Shown: piece after piece, positions 53,976 through 64,000 of the stretch
How positions within the stretch are numbered: position 1 is the stretch's first letter
Layout: each line of letters begins with the position of its first letter
DNA from: Octopus sinensis
Taxonomy: Eukaryota
Assembly (NCBI RefSeq): GCF_006345805.1
Contig: NC_043001.1
Coordinates: 96,720,001 to 96,784,000, forward strand
Direction of reading: 5' to 3'
Length of the DNA stretch: 64,000 bases
Translations under genes and position numbers: made by a program
The notes under the pieces: model-generated
The model's database searches: none
Told to the model about the DNA's origin: nothing
What the model saw: only the letters and a program-made list of their open reading frames with translations

Positions 53976-53979
<4 letters not shown>
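52281..53979 (+). mobile_element. 5'-truncated CR1-group LINE: RT domain with frameshift near 52975, C-terminus, 3' UTR and (TCAA)n tail
   Basis: GPDG, NYRPISLTSHISKVMER, QHGF, YLDFAKAFDKVDH, SGVLQGTVLGPLL (frame 1); YADDTK, FNAKKFQ, VRDLGI, DYCSQLWSP, LEAIQR (frame 2). No APE domain; flanked by (TA)n. Confidence 0.92.
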
Positions 53980-54013
<34 letters not shown>

Positions 54014-54135
54014 TGTCTTGGGCTAACTTGTCTTTTGTGCTACATATAGCCTAATGGCTAACTTGTCTTTTGTGCTAGATCACCGGTAATAATAATTTAT
54101 TTATTTTATTACCTTTTTACTATGTTTACTATATA

Positions 54136-54190
54136 AAATGGCGGCGCCCCAGCATGGCCACAGCTCGTGAGCTGAAACTAGAATCAATCA
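54136..54190 (+). mobile_element. Extra copy of the CR1 LINE extreme 3' tail
   Basis: AAATGGCGGCGCCCCAGCATGGCCACAGCTCGTGAGCTGAAACTAGAATCAATCA versus 53913-53979. Confidence 0.9.
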
Positions 54191-54193
54191 TAT

Positions 54194-54225
<32 letters not shown>

Positions 54226-54329
54226 ATATATATATATATATATTATTAATAGGGAATATAATAATTTTTTCCCTGTAGTATACATTTATATATATATGTG
54301 TGTGTGTGTGTATGGAAATGAAATTAAGG

Positions 54330-54690
54330 ACTGAAAGCTATACCAGCCACCGAAATGAACGCCTAGGTAGTATACTGTCGTCTCCATCCAGAGTGAGAAC
54401 CGAGGACTATAAGAGCTTAGGTTTCAAGACTTCCAAAATTTTAACTCTCTGCCAAACTACCTTACAGACCTGCGACGTGTAGATGTGGATATATTCAAAG
54501 AACATTTCAACAAACTTTCCTCTGGACGTACAACACGAATCAACACCGCGGCAATAATCACAAGGCAGATCTGTTCTCTCAAACTCGCTACTTCACCGAA
54601 ACAATTCCGGTAAGAAAACCAGGAAGTGAGCGTGAAACAGCAAGAACTCAACATAAAGACAGTGCTCCAGTCTGACCAAAACCTTTGAGT
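54330..54690 (+). mobile_element. Older degraded CR1-group 3' fragment
   Basis: RNERLG...SLGFK / FNSLPNYLTDLRRVDVDIFKEH parallels NARTGR...SLGFR...FNILPKNLRDLHGVDADVFK in the adjacent LINE. Confidence 0.7.
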
Positions 54691-56534
54691 AAAGCCAAGA
54701 AAATTAAAATCTAAAAGTAAAATGTAAAATGTATGGCATTGTATCTCCTTTAGTTTTCCAAAATTACTAATATAAATTTATCCAAATAAAACATTCATCT
54801 TCTAACTACAACATTGCAAATTGTAATTGTATTACTCTCATAAGCTATCCATTGCATGGTAATTGTAAAGCAGAAGAAGTAGTATATGCTGCCAATATTA
54901 ATACTGGTTCTATTCCTTCTCTTAAATGGGGTAAGTCGTTGTAGTGAAGTTGTATCAAGGCCCGCGTTGCCGTTAGTGCAACGAAATTTAACTGCAAATA
55001 ATAAGAATAAAAGTCATGTTAGCAGTTTCTGCGTGTTTTTGAACGGCAAATATGTGACTTCTACAACGCAGATGAAGCCACTTGTCAGGCAAATACATCT
55101 TTGAAATTAACGACTGACTATTTCAAAACAAACTTTCATCAACAAAGCATATGTTCCATCTCCAAGCAGAAAAAAGGGTAGACACAAAGCCTGATACATA
55201 AACATACATTTATACATACATTTATGCATACTGTGGCACTCGGATTTTTAAAAGCTGAAATTAACAGCTTTGATATTACAATAGAGAAAGTATGAACGAG
55301 TGAATGATGGAGAGCAGCTTTAGGGTGAAGCTAACATGATCGTCAAAGACGGTAGATAAATGTTTCAAGCCCGAGTTTCGCAATTAAAAATTCTTTCTAA
55401 ATGTGATATCTTTTCGTATTTCTCATTGCCTCTAAATTGTAAACACCCACACACACAAATATATACACACACATATTTGTCTCACATTCTTATATTCCGG
55501 TTAGAATTTCTCTCCTCCCCCCTCTCTCTCTCTGTACACAAAGACGCACAAACAGACTCGCATTCACATATTAGTGTGAACATATGTTTGTGTGTATTAT
55601 TCTATTCCTATTTCAAGTATTTTGTCCACTTAATTTTCCTTCTTGGATGTGCAATGTCAGCTGTTTCATAATTTCTCTACAATACCTCTAATCAATATAT
55701 ACGAAATAATTTTTTTACAAAATATTTCTAGCCTTTTCCAATGTCATTTCATATCCACTTACCTCCGCTTATTTTCTCATACTTTGTTATTTCTCATAGC
55801 TATAATAATCGTTCTACATTCTCCATATAAAGTTTCACATTTCTTTATTTGACTAAAGACACTCAGAAACAACATATTTCAATGCTTTATTTTTCCCTCC
55901 TACATTTTCTGTCTGCACCACGCATAACTTTTTATTCCCTTTAATACCATACATTTCTCAACACGACCATTTCTATAGTTCTGTTCTATTTTTACAAATA
56001 ATTATTGCTTCATTTATTCCAAAAAACTTTACTTACTTACGACCACTTTTCTCCCTGAAATTCCTCATTTATCCGCTTCTATATAATTGTAAGACACACT
56101 ATATACTTATTCAATTTAACAATTGATTTTTAAAGTTATTTTAGCCTCTGATACACTATAATTTAAATTGCCATCGACAGTCATCTATTATAGAAAGTTC
56201 TATCTAATTAAAGTTCACTCTCCTTAATGTTTGGCACGAAATATAACAAATTATATTTGTGCTTTCCTAATTTATGTAATTTTCTACTTTTTTCTAAACC
56301 TAGATTTGTACCTGTTTTCTAAGGTTTTAGTCCATTTTCTCATATCTCTATTTTAACATTTGTTATTTCTGAGGGAATAAACTGGTAACGTATTTCAAAT
56401 ATCTTTATCTCTTTGTGTTTTGGATTTCAAGACTTTAGTTACCAAATTATATGAAATGAAATAAGATGATATAGAAATATTCTCTTCATAAATATGATAA
56501 TGATAGTCTCTCGTCGTACCATAAAGACGATTCT

Positions 56535-56800
56535 GCAATTTGTTGCAGAGCAGCCTGAAGGAATGATTTAATATTAGTGATCAAATATTTGTGCCGTACA
56601 GTAACTCACTCCCTCCAACGAAGCGACGTAGTCTCAAGATGTGCACGGTGTACCACACGTCAGGTGTCGAAATTTACGCAGAGCTATATGGAATGAAGTG
56701 TTTTTGCGCAAGAACATTATGCACTACTCGGCCCAGGAATTAAACCCACGATCTCTCGACTGTGAGTGTAATGCCCTCACCGCTTGGTCATGCGCTGGCG
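56535..56800 (-). mobile_element. Old tRNA-derived SINE relic
   Basis: Homologous to 3620-3895; B-box-like GGGTTTAATTCC and core-like TGTTCTTGCGCAAAAACACTTC on the minus strand. Confidence 0.55.
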
Positions 56801-57143
56801 ACCCTTCTTTAATAACCACTGCTCTATATAGCAATTTCCCTGATAATTCACAGTTATGTCAGTTACGAATTTAGATCGTAGAATATGGAATGGTTCCCCA
56901 AAAAATAGAAGTCTATTCAATTTACTTTCAGGAAAGACTTTTCACTTAAACTTTTAAGTACTACTCTTTCAGCCCTATATCAATTTTGTCAATCCATACT
57001 GTTCAATGTAAAGACACTGGATATTTTAAATACTTGCATACTATTCCAGTTATCTGACCTGCATTTTACGCACTAACAAATTGGGTTTCTTTTCTTACTT
57101 TCTTTCTTTCTTTCATTATTTTCAGTTTGTTATATATTGTTCT

Positions 57144-57442
57144 GGTGGAGGCGCTATGGCCCAGTGGTTAGGGCAGCGGACTCGCGGTCGTAGGATCGCT
57201 GTTTCGATTCCCAGACCGGGCGTTGTGAGTGTTTATTGAGCGAAAACACCTAAAAGCTCCACGAGGCTCCGGCAGAGGGTAGTGGCGATCCCTGCTGTAC
57301 TCTTTCGCCACAACTTTCTCTCACTCTTTCTTCTGTTGGCCTGCTTGCTTAGCCAGCGGGGTGGCATCATTTGAAGCGCATTGTGACCAGCGATGTGTAG
57401 CAGCATCTGATAGCCTGGTCGGTCACGGTGATCCCGGTGATA
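57144..57442 (+). mobile_element. tRNA-Arg-like SINE (OR-type), tail variant 3
   Basis: Same head and body as 16640 and 36092; tail ends GCCTGGTCGGTCACGGTGATCCCGGTGAT. Confidence 0.88.
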
Positions 57443-58431
57443 TAGTGTTCTGTGGGTTAGTGGCTGTATGGCTTCGGTGATGCACTCACGAAAGTTTGAT
57501 TTTGGTTTCAATTACAAGACAGTGTTGCGTCATGTTCTTCAACAAAACACTTTCTCTGACGTTACTCTGCTATCACTTCTACACTAGACGTAAAGCAAAC
57601 CGTGCGTGTGTTCAGCCAACTCCAATTTGATGGTGAAAGTGAGGTAAAATACAATAGGTACATTTGGTCGCTATAAATAAATAATTTGTACCAGTTAGTT
57701 CGGCAAGAGACTGGAGAGCCGTCTTTCTCGGATTACAAAAGACTACCATCACATACATATGTCTTCGTAAAGCTTTGATACTTTGATATATCAAAGGGAA
57801 ACGTAAGGTGGTGAGCTAGTAGAATCATTAGCACTGTGTGTACAATGCTTCGCGGCATGTTGCCCGTCTTTACTTTTTAGTTCAAATTCCACCGATGTCC
57901 ACTTTGCCCTTCATCATTTCAAGGTCGATAAATTAAGTCCCAGTTGAACACGGGGGTCGATATTATCGATTAAAACCCTACTCTAAAATGCTGATTTTGG
58001 GCCAAAATTTGAAATCAATTAATTACAGTAAAATTATGTATAGTGTATTCTAAAGTCTATACACACACACACACACGCACCCCTCCACATATATATTAGT
58101 CTCTGATAATTAGTAGTGGACTAAATATTAATTACTGAAAATTTCAACTCACCACGGAAAATGACAGACTAATTGACAAATGAATATTAACTCAATCATT
58201 ACGTTTTAGCATATACAGCTAATATCTAATGTGAAAAAAATACAGAAAAAATAAAACTAAAAAGCCATTTTTTTATAAAACAACACAAGACAGTTTACAT
58301 TTATCTGGTAAAAACTAAAATGCGACCGAATAAATTAAAATTGCATATAATTGCATTAATTAAGTAATTAGAAGCCATACGAATATATAATTCACGGCAA
58401 TCGTTGATAATCATCTCTCCCCCTCCCTCAC

Positions 58432-58491
<60 letters not shown>

Positions 58492-58528
58492 ACTATCTAT
58501 CTGTTTCTTTCGCACTCTGTGTATATAT

Positions 58529-58571
<43 letters not shown>

Positions 58572-58646
58572 GGTATAAATAAAATGTATAAATATATACT
58601 GCCGCTATAACGAAATAAGTATATAATACATGCATACATACATACA

Positions 58647-58678
<32 letters not shown>

Positions 58679-58705
58679 CACATATGGTGTGTGTCTGTGT
58701 GTGTT

Positions 58706-58783
<78 letters not shown>

Positions 58784-59062
58784 GGAGAAAGAGAGGGAGA
58801 GAGAAAGAGAGTAACAGATAGATACACAGAAAGAAAGAGCTGGCAACACAATTGTTAACAATTAATGCGTATTTTGTGTATATATATATATACGTAAACG
58901 GTAATTTTGTTTTCACAATATAACATGGCTGTTTTATAAAGAACTATGTTATTACATTTTATTCACTGAGAAACGTCTTCAGCCATCATCGGTACTGGTC
59001 ACAGTCAATCGTCCCTAGTCACAATATAAAAACAGAGAAACGACAGACAGCCGGTGATCTTG

Positions 59063-59494
59063 TAACGATCAAAATAGCTAGTTCCAAAATCTCTAAAATT
59101 AGAGAAATGTATGTAGAAATTATACTAGACGGTAGCGTTTCTTTGCCACTATAACATGGCTGTTCTATAAAGAACTATGATACTACATTTTAAACCCCAG
59201 ATAAACGTCCAGTATCGATGAAGGGTAAAGACCCCGAAACCGAGGTCTACTAGTCTTGCCAAGCTGGAGGGTAGTGATTCGCTCCCTTGCTCACAATATA
59301 TCTAACGCAGGTTGCGTGTCGTTAACCAGCTGAAAAAGGCGTTTTCCTGGGGTTAAATTGTAGTAATATAGTTCTTATAGAACAGCCATGTTACAGTGGC
59401 AAAAAAATAAAATAATAAAATAAACTTTACCGTCTAGTATTGTTACTGCTTCTTTACCATTTAAAGATTTTAGAGCTAGCTATTTTGCTCGTTA
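59063..59494. mobile_element. Fold-back element: ~145-155-bp diverged inverted arms around a hammerhead-like core
   Basis: 59063-59207 versus the reverse complement of 59340-59494 share TAACGA(T/G)CAAAATAGCTAG, ATACTAGACGGTA and TTGCCACT(A/G)TAACATGGCTGTTCTATAA. Confidence 0.8.
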
Positions 59495-59699
59495 TATATA
59501 CATATGCGGGAATTACGGTACTTGTACCCTGGCTATAAATCCTTATTTGTATACGTCCTCATAAACCTAGAAATAATCCGTTTGACGGATAAAGAGGAGA
59601 AACCGATGCGGAATCTTAAATCCAATCTATCGGTGGCATAGTGAATACTATTATAAGCGACAGAAGCAGTATTATTACGAGAAGGCAATTTTTAAATCC

Positions 59700-60400
59700 A
59701 TCTTAACATGGCTGCCTTGTTAGAACATCGAATACGAGTTATTATGCTTGAGAGATGCCCTAGTGTAGGCGCTTGGTGAATAAAAGTATACACATAGATA
59801 GTAGTAGCGGAGAGTCTTCTGTTATGGATGCCTCACTTCTCATATCGCTTGATTTCATTCAGCTGTAAAACATCAGTGGGGAGTGTCCTGTTAACGCATA
59901 CCAGTCAAATGTCGCTGCTGCGATATATAACATATCATCATCTCTATGACTGGCATGTGACAACCGGGAGCCTATCACTGATGATAGCCAGTGGAATGAA
60001 AATTTAAGGATTCTGGCACTCATGACAGGTGTTTCTTGTCTGCTACGATCTATGAGTGTGTTTTTATGCACCAAGCTAATAACGCACTATTTGATGTTCT
60101 AACAAGATATATATGTTAATTTGGATATTAAGATTAATTTTTGTGAGTAATGCTACTTTCGTCGTTAATAAAACAACTTTTGATAAGCCTGCTGGATTTG
60201 TAAGAGATTGCTGGCTGATATATTTCGCAAATCAATCAAGATTTTGGCGGCTTCCTCAGCTATTGTTACTGTATAGTCCTTGGTCATATCTGATCGAACA
60301 GGTCTATGATGAAAGGTTTTCAAGCCATTACAGTCGCATTGTCTATCCGAGACTCTATTTTCCAGCATGTCTTATTTCGTTTAAAGATTGTTGATTGGTT
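59700..60400 (-). pseudogene. Highly decayed Ty3/Gypsy-like integrase
   Basis: Minus-strand fragments SDMTK...TIAEEAAKILI, FIPLAIISDRLP and HQAPTLGH...CSNK recall VDxxTK..TAEExAxL, GxPxxIxSDRG and HPQxxG..ERxN; many stops. Confidence 0.5.
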
Positions 60401-61736
60401 GATATGAAGGAAATTGGGCTGCTGTGTTTAGCATTTACAACAACCGGTCATCGTAAGTTATCATGTAAACACTTCTCTTAGATCCAGGTTTATTAGTTTT
60501 AAAGAGCAGATCAATAACGATTAAAATTTTGGCACAAATCCAGCCATTACTCAACTGGTACTTGTCTCATCCACCACGAAAAGATGAAAGGCAAAGACGG
60601 ATGAAACGCTGTATTGCATTTCACCCGGCATGTTAACGATTCTGTCAGTTCGCGGCCTTACAGAGTTGAACAATAATACAAGGGCGTTCCAATCATGACT
60701 CACCTGTCTTTATGCATATTACGGACGACATTGTTCAACATGACCTTTCTTTTCAAGATGGACGCTAGTTTTATAATAATGACTGCAAGTGGAGATAATT
60801 AATAAATACAGACAAGATTGTATGACCAGCAAGAGATGTGGGCTCTGCTTTGTTGATACTGATTATTGCAGATAATGCTCTTTATCAGGACATCTTGCTG
60901 AACTTCAAAACGGAAGTTTTTGACACCCTAACTCCATGAACAAAAATTCATTCTAACTAATAGTCAAGTTACTATCTCGAATCACAATTACTCTATAACT
61001 TTCCTGTGCACCTAGCATCAATAACAAGGCGTATGTTGTCCGACATTATGTCAGTAAAACCTACAGACAGCTGCACAACAGTGTTAACCCCGCCAAAATC
61101 GCTGAATTGCAAAACGGCATTCTAATCCATTGAAATATTCCTAGCTACACGAATATTCACACAGATAAATACGAACATATACACATTCCTATAAATCTTT
61201 GTTAAATTAGACACCCAGCCTCTTTTATCTTTTTATACACTTTTTGTCATGTTACTCATTTTACTGGTCTTCAATCCTATTCTCCGCTCCCTCCTCGTCT
61301 TCTACTCCTCCCTATCCTTCTTCATCTTTGTTTTGTAACGAAGCCAACACAAGAAATATATAAGAGAAAACAATATAATTAATGTATAAAGGAAAACAAT
61401 ACAATTAATAAAAATAACACTAAGTTTTTTTCCGTTGGTTTTGAGCTATAAAAATTGGTTACCGTTGATTAAAGTTTCTGATTTCCTTCGACCTTAGGAT
61501 AAAACAACGGACGAAATATAAAAAAATCGAAGCAAAAAAATCTTACATCAGTTGCAGCAGGAGCAGCAGCAGTAGTAATAATGATAATTCATTTTATTGC
61601 CATAGGACCGGCGGATTGCGGACATTACAAGGACTAATAGCAAAACTTCAGGAGACACTAACGAAAAGAGAGTATCATATCAAAATCGAATATAGCATAG
61701 GGAATACTATTAGCAATATTAGGTTGCGCATATATT

Positions 61737-61767
<31 letters not shown>

Positions 61768-61889
61768 TACACACACATATTTAAATATATATATACGTGT
61801 GTGTATATATGTACTTATATATGAATATGTATACAGTTATACATATACACGTATTTATATATATACATACACACATTTATATACATATG

Positions 61890-61931
<42 letters not shown>

Positions 61932-61999
61932 TTTATATATATATGTATATATATATATATATATATACATAATATATATATATACATATATATATATAC

Positions 62000-62030
<31 letters not shown>

Positions 62031-63141
62031 ATATGTATATTGCATATAATACACACACACACACATATATATATATATTACATATATGTATATTGCATGG
62101 TTGTTTCATATACATATATGTAACTAAATACATTCATATATATATATATACACACACACATTTATATACATATGTATAATATATATATATATATATATAT
62201 ATATTAATGTATTTAGCTATATATCTGTATATCATACAACCATGCAAACATATAAACAAGCACTACAAAGCAAAAAAAAAAAAACAGTCTGGGATATAAA
62301 CATCTTTTTACGATTACTGGTATACAATTCTACTATTCCTTTCGAAATTAAAAAAAAAAGGAAACAGAAAAGAATATATAAAACTAAGAGATAAATCAAA
62401 TCACTAATATAAATAATGAATAAATAAATAACAACAAATAGGAAAAAAAACTAACTAAAAAGAATAAGATAACATCGAATTTCTCCTCTCTCTCTCTCTC
62501 TCTCTCGCTACATATAGGAGTCAAACGTCAAACTGAGGAAGAAAAATAAAGTGACGCAAAACCACAAAAGAAGAGGAAAAGCCGAAAAGAAGAAAAAAAT
62601 TTGAAGGAAGTAAAACTACTCTTGTTATCAACGTTAACCATGATAAAGATATTGATGACGTGCATGATAATAATGGCTTCTTATTCTAATTTGGCATAGT
62701 ACAATGTCGTATGTGTACATATGTATGCACACACATACACGTACATTTGTATGTTTGTATGCATGTATGTATGTACGTATGTATATATGTATGTATATAT
62801 TTATATGTGAGTGCATGCAAACATTTGCAAGTATATTTTACATATATTTTTATACATACATACAAATACGTGTGAATATATATATATATATATATATATA
62901 TACACGTATAGATATACATTCTTTTATACGTTTCATCCTAGAGGTTGTGGCCATGCTACAGCTCAACTAGTGTAATCAACATTTCACTGACCATTTTTAT
63001 TGCGATTGGCTTTCGGTGAAGGAAGGAGTTCCACACTGCTTGCCCTCTTTTCAGTTTTTAACCGTGATATATGTACACTCACACGCGATCACGCACGCTC
63101 ACACACTACGCACGCACACACAAATACAAACATATATATAT

Positions 63142-63190
<49 letters not shown>

Positions 63191-63814
63191 CAAATGCATA
63201 TGTATATATGTGTGAATATCTAAAATATATTTCAATAACGAAAAGTGCAGCTGCGTCAGAAACGGGAATCTAAACATATTACTTTTATTTCGCTCACAGC
63301 TAGGGCCTATATTATTACAATGCATTTCTGCCCTTATGATTCCCGGTGTACTGTGCACATGATAAAGATTGGTCAATTAATGATTAGTCGTCAAAATCTC
63401 AAGTATATGAAATTCAGTTATTCCTTGCGATGGTAGTAACACTTGTAACTGCTTCAGATAATGCTTCAATATTCTATGCTATCGGTTTTCGATGGAAAAC
63501 TGTGGAGTGGTCGACAGCCCTTTAAGCAGTTTGTCAGTTTGTAGCGAGACTTTCCCTTTCTTCCATCACAGGTAAACCTTTTATGAATAAATATACAGAT
63601 ATGTCTTTATTAAATGTTGACAGAGTGTCGTATTACTTGTTGTTTCACAGAGGCCAGGAGAACCGCTGTAAATGATTAGATGATTATTTGTGAGCGATAA
63701 AGGCTTTCGTAGCTTCTAGAGGAGGTTTGTTGTTATTGAATTGTAAAGATGTAAATTATGTGATTGGTAGTTGTCTCCTTATACTGTGTGATAGTGAATA
63801 GGGCTTTATACAAG

Positions 63815-64000
63815 ACTAGCAGTATAGCCCGGCATTACCCGGGATTAATTTAGAATTAGTAAGCTATTTCAAAACAAACTTTGAACGAAATCCGTTGAGA
63901 TTGGTAAACTTTTGGCTGAAAATGAGTTGCAGACAATTTTATTGAGAAATATCATAAGGAATCAGTTTATCGATTTTTTCCACTCATCAATTGTTTTTTT
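63815..64000 (+). mobile_element. Possible end of a Helentron/HINE-like non-autonomous element
   Basis: Starts ACTAGCAGTATAGCCCGGCATTACCCGGG (ACTAG plus a short CCCGG..CCGGG hairpin); a similar start lies on the minus strand at about 49450-49485. Confidence 0.35.

Noticed and set aside
57144-57220. tRNA-Arg-like sequence as a real tRNA gene
   Set aside because: It runs into a shared non-tRNA body in three dispersed copies and shows no proper acceptor stem, so it is a SINE head.

Overview
AT-rich, microsatellite-saturated eukaryotic DNA. The repeat repertoire (tRNA-derived SINEs and dense (TA)n/(CA)n/(TATC)n/(TAA)n arrays) looks like an octopus (cephalopod) genome, but that is recognition, not a database result. 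I found no supportable host protein-coding exon, rRNA, true tRNA or CRISPR array; nearly all ORF-track entries are translated microsatellites. The window holds relics of Tc1/mariner transposons (mariner, DD37D/maT, probable DD41D/rosa), a hAT MITE with an intact 8-bp TSD, R4/Dong-type RLE retrotransposon pieces in (TAA)n, a Tx1/L1-type 3' end in (TATC)n, a 5'-truncated CR1-group LINE, a decayed Gypsy integrase and several SINE families. The main signal is RNA-structural. At 46928-48604 three tandem ~470-bp units each carry a type I hammerhead ribozyme on the minus strand (CUGAUGA / GAAA / GUC, 7-bp helix I, palindromic helix III), capped by an inverted partial unit, which is a retrozyme/Penelope-like architecture. 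A second, unrelated canonical hammerhead lies at 43808-43893, with several variant or decayed hammerhead-like motifs elsewhere. Also notable are a microhomology-bounded templated insertion plus a perfect 133-bp palindrome upstream of the CR1 LINE, and two apparent SINE-LINE 3'-tail partnerships (CR1 and Tx1). All folds and alignments were done by eye.
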